A stretch of DNA of 64,000 nucleotides from Phoronis australis (taxonomy: Eukaryota; Animalia; Phoronida): positions 687,402-751,401 of the forward strand of contig NMRA01000143.1 of the NCBI GenBank assembly GCA_002633005.1, in the 5' to 3' direction. Shown piece after piece: positions 1 to 12,450 of this stretch. The notes beneath the pieces were generated by a model. It was given only the letters and a program-made list of their open reading frames with translations. It was not told where the DNA came from and searched no databases. Made by a program: the position numbers and the translations under genes. Position 1 is the first letter of the stretch, and the number at the start of each line of letters is the position of its first letter.

Positions 1-3000
1 AATCATCTGGCCAACAGGTATAGGATTGTATGACTTGTCCAATTGCAAATTAAAGTTTGAGTATCATGCAGCAAAACTTTACTTAAGTATTAGAAACTAG
101 GTTACAAAGTGCCGTTTATTTGTTACTCATGTAACTGGTTAATGACTTTAAAACTACCCCCATCCAGGTACCAAGCCAGAAACGGGCGTGTCCACAGGTA
201 AACCAGGTGGTATCCATGTAACAGGAACAGGCACCGCAGTCACAGGTGTGGGCAGTGTCACCAACAAACCTATCACGATCACCGTGCCTCCGATCACCAT
301 GGGTCAGTCACATTGTGTAACGTTACGCTTAATAATTTGATGCGTAATTGTTCATATTTTGTTTAATAAGGTTTTGATTTTTGTCATGGCTTTAGAAAAA
401 GATTTGAGCCTGTTTTGCTGAAATGCCAGTTGTTCTTGCTTAGGGTATAAACTTCAAATTCTTTCCTTAAAATAGCATGTCCCACAGTAAGGCAAAGTAC
501 AGTCTGGCTCTTTCCAATCAATGGCTTGACCCACTGATAGTTTATTTTTTAATACATTAACCGTTCTGGCCAATTGTGTGCCCCATAGATAGTCTACTTG
601 AATAAATTGTTTCTGGCCAATGACATACTCCGCAGTGATGTAATTTGAATATGATGTATTCTGTAGCCAATGGTTGCACATACAAAGGTACCTCATACAA
701 AGAAGGGCAGACTTGGGATGATGGATGTACCTATTCCTGTGTCTGTGAGGACGGCAAGACTGGACAATGGAAGTGCAAGGCTAAGTAAGAGTTGTTGTTT
801 TCTTTAATTTTAGTCTAGTCTCAGACTGTTAAATTAAGTATCAAAATTTTAAGGTCATGTCTGAGGCTTCATACAAATCAAATATTAATAAATAGAGGTT
901 ATTGGTGTCCTTTCATTCTAATTGCTTCTGATCTCACAAAGTAACATATGATTTCACTTTTTCCAGGTGCCCTTCATGGAATAATCTGCCATCAGCGTGC
1001 AGTCTCAGTCCGCCTTTGTCTGGCAATTGCTGCAGCTATCCCAAGTGTCCTAGCGGATACACAATCATCTATCCTAATGGTCAGTTATCATAGAGAACTT
1101 TTGATAAATATCTTGTCTTACTTTTTATTTATACCACAATATTAGCGTCAAATGGCAAATACAAGTTACCGTGTAGTAACCCATTTAGTTATCTCACTAG
1201 TGAAATAACATTTTGGTGGTAACCCAAGGGCGGTTTCGAACTCGGGCCTCAAGAGTTTGGAGTCGCCGACTTTACTAGACTACACCACTCAGTGGCTGAC
1301 GTCATCGAACGTGAAAATAGAATACTTAAATGAGCACGCGCAACAATCGCATGTTCAGCAATGGGCATTGTGCCGACATTTATACGCTGTGAAAAATAAG
1401 ACGCACAATTTCCACAAAAAGTATATTTTAATTCAGTGAAGGATTTTCTCGCGTGTTCTCTCATTTGTAAATCACCGATCTCCAATTTGAATGCGGGTAT
1501 CGTGTCATCGGGATCCTTTGTCTTGAGCATTATACTCAGTTACTACTGGTAACCTTTAGCAGACGATATTTTCCCGGTCGAGGCTTAGCGTGATAAAATA
1601 TGTAGTAAGCTACATGACTTCGCCATGTAATACTCTATATATATATTTGGCAATTTGTGCTATATTCAGTTTTACCATCTTGCCATAAACATTCCACTAA
1701 ACGAGATGATGTCAAACCCCACTGATCAGGGAAAACTGTGGGGTTTGGCCGATTGAACTGGAGCGTAATTTATCCAGCTTGGCTGTGTTGCGCTCAGGTC
1801 ACGATTAAAGGGATCCTGTCTAGCTGCTCTATTCATCGAGTCATCAGCAATGGTAACTGGATTCGCTCATGCGGAGACGATCAGCTGATTACAATCTAGC
1901 CTAGATGACCGTACTTCTTATGCAGAGCGTTTTACGTAGTTTTGAGTGTAATATTTGAAGAGGAGACAAAAAAATGTTGGTACAACTTTGAATTTTTCAA
2001 ATCGGCCCAGAATAAGAGATTTTGCAACACAGCAACACTCACGATTACTTTCATTCGGCACGCACTAATACAAAAATATAGGACCCAAGTTATTTAGATT
2101 TTGGAACACATGCATTGCAATATTCAAAATACGTGTATTATAGCTCTTACAACCTGTAAAACAACGTTGTTATTTTCATTGTTCTCATTCTTTGTCATCC
2201 GTCAAATCGGAAATTTCCGAGATGTGATCTGCGGCATGCGCGTATGAATACAAAACGCGTGATTGTTATGTTCCTGAAGTACGAACATTAAGAAACTTTA
2301 GCATGCCGTTATTAGTGACAGGGACACGATAAAACGCATTTCGATTTTGACAATAGTCTTGATACAGCGAGCTGCGCTGACCACTGCATCAGTGTCTCCG
2401 TTAGACCCAGAAATTTCACACAGCCCGGGTAGTTCAGCTCGTCACCTTGTCCCTAACATGTAAATCGAGCCTAGGTCGGACTATTAATGTTTTACTCCAT
2501 GGTAGAGCTAACGACTGTTGGCCTGTGCACGCAAAATCTGTGAGTTAACCGGCACTCACTTACACGTTGCAGCCGTTTAAGTGAATAACAATCAAATAAA
2601 TGCCATTTTCTTGCATAATCCTCCGCCTTTTGTTACAAAAAAGTCTGTCGTCGATGACCCGCTCGCGCACTCACTCTCATACGCAGATGAACTTCAAAAC
2701 AAATGTCACGTGACAACAACATGACGATTGTGTGTTCATCCAGAGATTTTTCTCGTGTTGTGGGGTACAGTGTAGCACAGATTTGGACTTTATCGCAATT
2801 AATCTGGACTCCACATGAACTTAAAAAATTGTAAAACATGAGGAGCATTTCAGGTAATTTGTTGAGTCAAAACTGTATTTTTATTCAAGAATTCAAGTTT
2901 TCTTATCGACGATCGCGATTCAGTGACAGAGCAGTCAGCAAGTTTTCGCCCTGGGATTTCAGCACAATTTTTTGAACAATGGTCATAATTTAATAACGGA

Positions 3001-6000
3001 GTTTGATAGCAATGCACCACAATTTTGTAGAAAGACTGTCATAATACGTCATAGAGCGTAAATGTGATGAATCCTAGCTTTCAATTTTAAGCGTTTCGGA
3101 AACCGCGTTTCAACTGCCTTATGCAGTGAAATGAATTTTTCTAAGTGCCCGGGGCATTTATCAGAGCCAATACAGTATACAGCTTTCCACCAAGGCTAGG
3201 TGATGCTACGAGATATTCTTAGTTGCTTGAATGTACAGATTGTTGCCAATTTTTGCTTGTTTCCATATCATATTGATGGCGGAAATGAAAACGTCGCAAA
3301 TTTCAATTTTAATGTTTGCAAAATCAAAGGTCGGTAAACCAAGTCTTTTAAAACACTTTTGGTGAAAGACTAGCAGAAGATGCCCACTCTTTCAAAATTG
3401 CCATGAAGGTATTAACTATTCCATGCAGCATTATTTACTGTTCTTGGCTAATTATCATTTTATGGCCTGGTCATCCATTCAGCCAAAAGTAGTTCCATAG
3501 GTGGCTTATCAGCCAATTATTCACGCATGCTGACTCACAATAGAAGCCTGATAAGAGTGAAGGTGGATAAATAGGGTGGTCCTATAGTTTCTTGTGGTAG
3601 TAGATGTGTTCAGGACATGCTAGTTCATGGTTGACTTACAATTGCCAAAGAATTGAGACAAATTTCTGTAGCCCCATGGCGGTTAATGTACCCGGTAGTT
3701 AGAGTCATCTACTCTTGATCTTGTGAATTTTATTTGCACAGAGCCGCCACGATGGAGAGTGTAATGCCCACAATCAGCCATCTTGAACGAATTTTGCTCA
3801 TCCATTTTGTTGGAATTGAATTACGAATCATTTTGTTTGCCTGTGCACAACTGTAAATTGTTGTTTTTACTGAACAGAAAACGATATTCACCAACAGGCG
3901 GCACTGTTATGCGTTTGAAGACAGCGTGATGACTGAAGAGAATGTTCCTTTGATTACAGGTTATAAACCTGAGCCAGGTGTGACAACTGGAACAGGAGGT
4001 GGTACTGTTGTGACAGGGACAGGGGGCGCTGGGGGTAGTACGGGAACGGGAACATCCATCACTACAGGTACGTGCACTTGTGAGAGGAGGTTCATTAGTT
4101 GAGCACATCACAAAGAGATTTTTCAATATTTGCACACAAAGGCACAATGTTCAAATTTAACTCGCCTATAGCTGTGTATGACTTGTGTATTCTACTGACT
4201 GCTCCATCTTAAGACTAATTTGTTAACAAAAAAGTTGTATTCTGAGCTGAAACCAATTACTCGACCATAGTCTGGTGTAAGGCATGTATCGAACCACCGA
4301 TAATGATGTTTGGGGATCTTGCTATGGTATATGTTGTAGCCATGCTGTGACACCTTGCTTTCTGTCTTAATAGCAGTCCTTGTTTTGTATTCCTTTGTGA
4401 TATCCTGCCTTCTGGCTAATGGTATAGCCCCCGTTTCAATCTCATATCTGTGTGTTCTGTCTAACCCCGGTTCAGTGCTGTGATATCTTGTATCTCTGTT
4501 GCCAGGCTGCATGTATACCGATGGTACAGTTCACAAGGTGGGCGAGACGTGGGCTGATGGTTGTAAATACTACTGCACGTGTAAGGATACCGCTGGCAAC
4601 TATGAGTGCAGGCACAGGTGAGTCAACTGTTTTGAGCTTTTGCGTGTACTGGCACAGCTGAGATAATTATTCACGGCATCTGTGAGTACAGGCACAGATG
4701 AGATAATTGTTCATGGCAACTACTAGTACAGGCACAGGTGAGATAAGTGTTCATGGCAACTACGAGTTCAGGCAGAGGTGACGAGATAATTGTTCATTGC
4801 AACTATGAGTACAGGCACATGTGGGTTAACTTTTTCTTGCCATCACTATTCATGCAAAAATCCCCAAATCACCAATGTTGGTGTTCGGAGTTCCCTTTTT
4901 ATGGAGCAGACTATTAGTATCACTTTTGTAATGACTTGAACAGAAACTGTTCCAGTGGTGGTCGATAACCTGCTGGCCTACTGTATTAGCAGGCCAGAGT
5001 CTGAAGAAAAGGTTGCAAGGAGCTAAACAACAGACACAGTCTGAAATCTCATGGAGTACTCACTTAGTAAGAGATGTTATAAACGTGCTGATATTGCTGT
5101 ATGGGCAATAGGTGGAGCTTACCGCGTGTTTCAAGCACGATACGTTACTTTGTGTTGATGGGAAAACGATTGTACAAAAATTCTACATGCCAAGTTTGGA
5201 AAATAACGGTTAGTTGTGTTGCCTGTGTCACATGTCTAACGTAAGTCTTAGAGTTCTTCAAGTGATTTCCCTGGGAGGGAATGCTGTGCACCATAATTTA
5301 TTACAACAGCTTGACATCAACTTTGGTGCTTGTATGGCTGGATGATAGTACTTCCGCTGTCATCTGACTTTGTGTGTGTACAATTTTTCCAGTTTGGTTC
5401 ATCTTTTTCATGTTTTTTTCCCTACCCATCAGGTGTCTCCAGTGGACTCTGCCTGCTCAGTGTCGACTAGACATTCCTATCGCTGGCTTCTGCTGCGGCA
5501 TGCCTAGATGTACAGGCAACGTCAAGATCAATTACCCTGCTGGGTAAGTTTCTTGTAGAAAGAGTTTCATATTGTCATTTTTAGTGATCGTAGCCAAACC
5601 ATGTTGTGTAACCTACTGAATCAGTTGCATATAGTTCACCCTCCCTGAGATAGAAGCATTTTTCAGCTGAAAACATTCCTTATTGTGTTTGTTACAAATG
5701 AATGTAAATGCTTGGAATCGCTGCTAACAATAACTTGGAGTAAAACATCCAAGGTGTACCGTTTCACTTGAAACTCGATGCAGGTGAGCCATAGTCATGG
5801 CAGCAAAATTCAAGCGTGTTATTTCAATGACTTATACGGTGACAAAGCAGATTGTGCAGCCATCCATTGCATCCTTGCAGACATCTACTAACTTAGGATT
5901 CAGTTACACTGGCTTGTAGACTTATCAGACTTTACAAGGAGTTTTCATTTTTATGCTTGACAAGGTTTTCAGACATTGTGTCAGTTTGACGGAAACACAT

Positions 6001-9000
6001 TATGTGTTAACTGTATAGCTTGTGCTAAGAAAAAAAGAAACTCGTGCTCATCAGTAGCACGAGTGCACCTTACACCCGTGTTCATTCTAACAATGCTGTA
6101 TACAAGTCCTATGAAGATAGCCAGAGAAGTCACCGACTGAAATGTCATGCCAATATAATTAGGCTAGAGGTTTGTGTAAATAGAACGATAGATTTTAGAA
6201 ATTATGCTGACATGTTGGTGATGATCATTCAGTACTTAATTGGAAAATGTATTCAAAACGTTTATTTTGTGTCCTCAGCTACGAAAAGGAGACTGGATTC
6301 TACGGCAACGGCAATCGTTACATTCCCGGTGGAACTGGCAACGGTGGTAATGGTGGCACAGGAAGTACAAAGACTGTTAGTGGGTCACTTAGCACCCGGT
6401 CTGGTACTGCTACAGTAGCTGGAACAGGATACAGTGAGTAGTGCCCTCTGTTGGCCTGGTTCTAGTTACACTGGATAAACAAAACACAATCTTGTTAAAG
6501 CGACTAATTCCTCAATACAGCAAACAAAATATGATAACCCAGTTCTGGTTGTATTTTCTGTGTAATCTGAACAAGTCTAGGATGTATATTATAGTGCTTA
6601 GCACAAAACGCTGGCGTTCTCTCAGTGAAGTGTTATTTGCTACCTGTATTGCAGAAAGTTGATAACAGGTGAACATAGCGTTCATGTGACTCCAACTGAA
6701 TGAAGAGTTCTAAAGTAGTTTCATTATGAACGAGTCTGTAATCTGTCTATGTCTCAAAAGTAGTTTTGTCATCTGATGGTAAATAAATTTTACTACAGCC
6801 TAGCTGGACTTAGTCAGTTCTAAAAATGCTATTCTGGTGTTCGTGGCAGTTTTGTGGTCTTTACGTAGAAAATGGAATGATTTGGTAGCACTTCATGACA
6901 GCAGTATCTTACTGGCCTATTTTTCATCTTTTGTTGTCTGGTTTTTTTGAAGGACTGCAAATGGTGGTGACATAGTGGTGACATAGTGGTGATATAAAAA
7001 AGTCTGCAGCATTCTTCCATCATAACTTTGTACACAATCTCTTGACCTGTCATCGTTTTCTTCAGTTCAAGAGTAATGGAACATTAAAGCCTGATTAAGC
7101 TCTCTACTGCTTGCTTTAAACATCATCATGTGATTTGTTCCAGCGTCGGGTTGCTTATTCAACAACAAGGTGTACAGCCAGAATTCACAGTGGGAGGACG
7201 GTTGTAGTTACATCTGTACCTGTATCAATGGGGCTACTGGACAGTACACCTGTAATGCCAGGTAATGTTGTCTTGTTCAGCGCAGCAAGAATTATTTGTC
7301 TCTAAATATAGTGTTTGGCAAACCATGAGTTCTCGCTGTTGTGTGGTCCCTTCTGTCATCTCTTGTTGAAACGTTCCTCTTTAGTGGAGACAGGAAAATG
7401 CTTTGTGTGAAAGAAATTAGTGGCAGGGTGACACTTTCAAATTGGGTCAAATGAACACTGATTGGTTTGTCATTCAGCTTGTCAATTTCCATATTCAAAG
7501 TCTGCACCAAGACTGCCAGCAACAAATTGAACAGTAATGAACCCTTCTGTGTTATCGACTGGCCAACATCTTTTGTGTGACAATACTCCCAGTAATTAGT
7601 TGATTTCAAGTGACCACAATATATACATCTTATCTGGTCATCTAGCTTCATGAATGAATACAATGTTGGCTTGGATGGCCTAGATTTCCATGCTGGTTGG
7701 GATCTTAGCAAGTGTGGTATTTATTTCACAGCAAATCTTGGATGTGATATTTTGGCTTCAGCCTTGCAACTTATTGTGTGGTGACATATTTGAGTCAAAG
7801 GAAATGTAATTGTATGAAATAAATAAACGATCTTTGCAGCTGTAATAAGATTCGGTATCAGTGCCAGAGTCTATAAATTTGAATGGAGCCATAGTATTTT
7901 AAGACCTGAATTTTGTTTCTGGCTCACATAACTTGAAGTGAAATGTGCAATACAGTAACTTGACTTCACTTTTTTTAAGGTGCATCACGTGGTCTTTGCC
8001 AGATGTGTGTAGGATCATGCCCCCTATGGGTGCGCAGTGTTGCTCGGAGCCCTCTTGCCCAACTGGTTACACCATCAGCTACCCGTCAGGTTACAACAAG
8101 AACATTTATTTCAACAGAGGGAGCATCACTGACACAGGAAGAACTGTGGTGTCCTCTAGTGAGTCTTCTCTAAATTCTCCACTACTTGTGCAATGCCTTC
8201 TTTTTAGCATAATGAAGTGTTCAAAAGAGGTCAAAAGTGGTCAGTGGCAGATCCAGAAGGGGTACGGGCACCTACATGCTTTTGCACTAATCTTGTGTAT
8301 TGGAATTCAGGAGAAATGCCCAGTCTATGTTTTGTCATTTCCCGGCAACTCCTTCCTTGTCCATAATACTTGTTCTGGGTCGTTTGGGGCACTCTGCCTG
8401 TATTCTTTCACATTGGACAATAGGATTGATGCCAAATTTCCCTCTTTAAGCCTTTACTTCAAGTGATAGTTTAACTAGATTTGGGTTTGAAACTTGCATG
8501 GATTGAGTTGATGCTGAACTTTATAGTCACGGACTGTGGAAGTAAAAACTCAGAAAAGCTGTTTGAATGTCAGAAAAATGGCTTTTCTTTGAGTTGTCAA
8601 TGATTGATTGACAGAGTTGACCTGTTTTATTTAACAGCTACATATTTCGTCTACAAGCTTACTTCAAAAAGAGAGTGGTGATTTAGCCAAGTCACCAATG
8701 GGAACACTGAATTACTTCTTACTACTTTTGTCCCCTAGCCGTAAAGTTTTAGTCTTACCGTTAGTTTTTCAATTTAATGTTTGTGTTTATAATTGTATAT
8801 TCCTTTTTATTGAACTGTTAAGTCCATATACAATACCTTTTGGTACTTTTTGGGTCTGTATATTTATTGTATTGACTACTTCATAAACATTCAAAAAAGC
8901 AGTGTGAAGGTAAAGAACACTGCAGGGGTGGGTGCGTCACCTGTTTTGCCTGGTCCACAATTTTCACCTCCGAACAGTCATAATAGATCAGATCACCTGT

Positions 9001-10142
9001 TTGTTCTTTGGAACAAACAAATGTCGCCATAGATGAATCTCCACCTTTTGTATCCTCTGGACAGAATGGTATCTATTCTACAACAGTTACGCAACAAGTA
9101 ACTTATGGACAAAACATGGATTGTGAAACCTAATACTGACTCCACAGTCTTATTTTTGTTCCTGTTAAGGTCAACTCAGAATATAAATTACTAAACCTCT
9201 AAAATTTGACTTTTGACCTTCCAGCGGCTGGCTGTACGTACACGGATGGCAGCAAGTACAAGCAAGGCGAGACATGGAAAACAGGCTGTACACGGTCGTC
9301 CATGAAGTGTACATGTGACGATGGCGCCACTGGTCGATACACGTGTAGAGGACTGTAAGTGAAGCTTGGGGATTTGAATATTTCATGTGAATATAAGATT
9401 CTCGTAGTTTTGTTCAAATAACTTCAATTTGGGAGAAAAGCAATGGCTAGTGCTTATATATGTTTCAATTTCAGGGACTTTTTAAATTGGATCAGTGCTC
9501 AAAATTTATCAAATAAAATTTTAGTGAAGGCTGAATTATGCAAATCATGCTATAAACGAAGCCAAATGTTTATTTGATGTAGACAACATCATGACATTTC
9601 GCTTAGTGAGCTTTACCGTGTCCTTATAATTTTGAGGCACTTACTTTTCGATAGCTCTATCAAACGCTGGGCGTATCCTTACCTTACTGAATCATTGATA
9701 GGCTTAGCATGTTGTAAGCAATAGGTGATCACAATTTTCAGTTTGCTTAGTGGCTTTGAGTTGTGCTGACAGTTGTAAATCATTGGTCCTGTTCACAAAC
9801 AATGGACCTTTTGAAATTTACCTGCAAGGTCAGTAAAAGCTGTTCGACTGTGTAACTAAACACAGCTTAAAATTGGTTTATGTGCCTCTCTGGTAAAACG
9901 AGTGTTTTATTACCCCCTTCAGAATCTGAATAGCCAGCCCTGAATGTGAGTCATGTCACCTACTAGTCAACTGGTTGCCATAATCTGATGTATTTTGTTG
10001 CCCTCAATACAGGTGCCCTACGTGGACAAGCCTCCCGTCATCTTGCAAGATAGGCCCGCCCAGGCCAGGGAAGTGCTGCCCCAAGCCAGACTGTCCCTCC
10101 AGCGTCACTATTCAGTACCCCCCGGGCTACGTGGAGGAATAA
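1..10142 (+). CDS. VWC (von Willebrand factor type C)-repeat protein with Gly/Thr-rich linkers, gene A; 5' end lies outside the window (474 aa visible, 4 complete VWC modules)
   Basis: GT-AG exons that join in frame: <1-17, 168-302, 667-784, 967-1079, 3960-4067, 4506-4617, 5433-5543, 6279-6433, 7144-7261, 7980-8158, 9225-9354, 10013-10142 (TAA). Each module has 10 Cys, e.g. GCTYKGTSYKEGQTWDDGCTYSCVCEDGKTGQWKCKAKCPSWNNLPSACSLSPPLSGNCCSYPKC, matching the VWC pattern. Linkers such as GYKPEPGVTTGTGGGTVVTGTGGAGGSTGTG. Confidence 0.9.
1225..1297 (-). mobile_element. tRNA-derived SINE head / degenerate tRNA
   Basis: Minus strand A-box-like TGGTGTAGTCTAG (1287-1275) and B-box GAGTTCGAAACC (1243-1232) at tRNA spacing, with CTCCAAA in the anticodon position. 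The acceptor stem does not pair. Confidence 0.5.
4595..4830 (+). repeat. ~6 x 40-bp tandem repeat derived from the exon end/5' splice site of gene A
   Basis: Consensus GGCAACTATGAGTACAGGCACAG|GTGAGATAATTGTTCAT; the first unit overlaps the coding exon end at 4617. Confidence 0.9.
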
Positions 10143-11899
10143 AAGACTGACATCCTCTTATATGTGTTGAATGTACTTGTGTTCAATTTGTGGCAATTAT
10201 TTTGAAATGCGGTGGTAATTTTAAAAGCACGTTTTTCCTGATTTTCCAGAAAACTAAGCGTTCATTATTTAATGTTGAAACTAACGAGATGGTTTGTTTA
10301 TTGAGTAGACCTCAGCCAGGTTCATCAAACCATGCTTAATAACAAGTCATCATACAGGCTCTGATGGAAGTGTTGAAGTAAATGTGTAATTGTGTGTTTT
10401 CAGACACAATAAATTTTTAAAGACAACAACATGGTATTTGATGTGTATTAGTTGAATGCACTGAGTAAAGAAGGTGTTGAAAATCCTTGGCACTGAACAG
10501 CATGCTGGCACTAAGTTGTGCTGGAAAGTGTTTAATTTATACAATTGTCCTCAAATTGTTCACCACCTTTAGTCTCATTAATCAGTCTATGATTTGTGAA
10601 ATCCAAATAGTGTAGCTGTGAGGCCCAGGCAAATTAACCACTGAACCAAGAACATTTATTTGATTCTATTCAATGGCTTTGCTAACGGAAGCAGCTAGAA
10701 AGCAACATGCCCTACGTAACATCGTTGATGACCTGAAATTTTATGAGCTTGGTCTAAACTAGGAACCTAGGTCTAAAGAAACAGGCACGGAAATCAAGTC
10801 TACATTGAGTAAAGGAAAATGCAAGACTAAGTTGCCTAAATCAAAACTTTTTTCAGAAGGCGGTTTGATGCCGATTTAATTTGTGTAAATGCGTCCAACT
10901 GAAAGGCAGATCTTTTCGATTTTCACTAGTAACCGCCTTAACCACGAACGGATTTTCTGACCGGCAGGTACGGCTTCACTCAGCTGCCAAAAATACGTCC
11001 ACTCAAATAATAAGATAACAAGAGGAACTTGCTTATGCCTAACCCTAGTTTGAGTATCCCACAACAATAAAATTTCGGGTTACTCACGTTGTCATTGTGA
11101 CACCGGGAATTTTCGTAAATTTTCGGAAATATGGTAGACAAATGAGAGCAGGCCGGTAAAAGGCAGAATTATAATACGTGTACTTTTTTAGAAAAAAATT
11201 GGGCTTTTACACGGAAACTGCGAACAATTTGAGGAGGAGGACGCCGTAGACTCTCGTGTATTCATGGATATCTTTTAACTGAACGTTCTGGCTTCAGAAA
11301 ATGCTGTAGGTGGATTTACGCCGTATACATCCCTATAGATCTACAGTACTAGTATGCAAATCACATTAAAAAACCACGCCTTGGAATTTCCTCTTTTAAG
11401 AGGATTTCCTCTTTTTGGTTCCTATTTCTCTTCTTTCGTCTCTTTTTATCAGTAGTTTGACTTTATTCATGCAAAACCTATTTCTATCACACACGCCTAT
11501 TTATTTGTGGGACGATAATATCACCTGAAAAATGTTTCCTTTTTATCATTGTTCATTCCAACCCCTGAAAAGCACTAGTCTTCGAGATTCACCCATTGAG
11601 GCTCGAAAGCTATTTTTTAATAAATATTTTTACCAGATTCTAAAGCGTTTTACCTGTTTGTTCATTGTCTAATTTCATCCGGTCTCGACATATGCCATTC
11701 TTAACCTCGCACGTATATGCACACGCACACACAAGTACGCACTCACTTGCACATTAAATAGCCAATAGATCCGTCGCATGCATTGTTCACACGTGGCCTG
11801 CGTACAACGCGATATATTCAAGGGGCGCGTATAAATGCGCAAGAAGCGAATGTTTGATTTAGACTACTTGCTCAAATAAAAGTGGTCTAAACCCCGTGC

Positions 11900-12450
11900 T
11901 CCTTATTTGGACGACTAATGACTTCTTATTTTTGCAAATTATGCACAATTCGTTATTCTTCGTGACCTTGTTCAGCGCATAAAGTGACACGCTCTTTCAG
12001 GACCTTGTTCCCAAGTCTCAAGCCACCAGAACTACCAGTTTCTTTGAAGCCCAGAGACCACCAAACTCCTTATTTTATGCTCTGTGGGTGAGAGATATTC
12101 GTAATTTATTTTCCGCAAATAAAAAATATTTCAGCCATGACAGGTGCATTTCGGAATTTTCCCCTCATAACCAGAACTGTGTAGTGCAAACATAAATACC
12201 AGAGTTTGATGTACAGTATTTTCCTGTTGTGTTGTTTTGTTTCAATGCGCATGCTCCATTCCTCATCTTGCTCAAGTTCAATAGCATGTATAAATTGCTT
12301 TATCTTTTGCAAACAAATCATATCTCGACCTTCATTTGACGGGGTGTAACACAACTTAATCATTTTCAAACCAACCATGAAGTTTAATTTCTCATAAAAT
12401 GCTTTGGCCCACTCTTCCGTTTTATACTTTCATGAGCGAATGTATCTAAT
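11900..12450 (-). mobile_element. Decayed non-LTR retrotransposon (CR1/L2-group) ORF2 C-terminal fragment
   Basis: Frame-shifted peptides WAKAFYEKLNF.., IKQFIHAIELEQDEEWSMRI, KLRISLTH, KETG, ELCIICKN follow the order of the LINE C-terminal KLRISSHxLxIETG...RLCxxC motif. Confidence 0.55.

Noticed and set aside
1225-1297. Functional tRNA-Trp gene
   Set aside because: The acceptor stem and arms do not pair; reported only as a SINE-like head.
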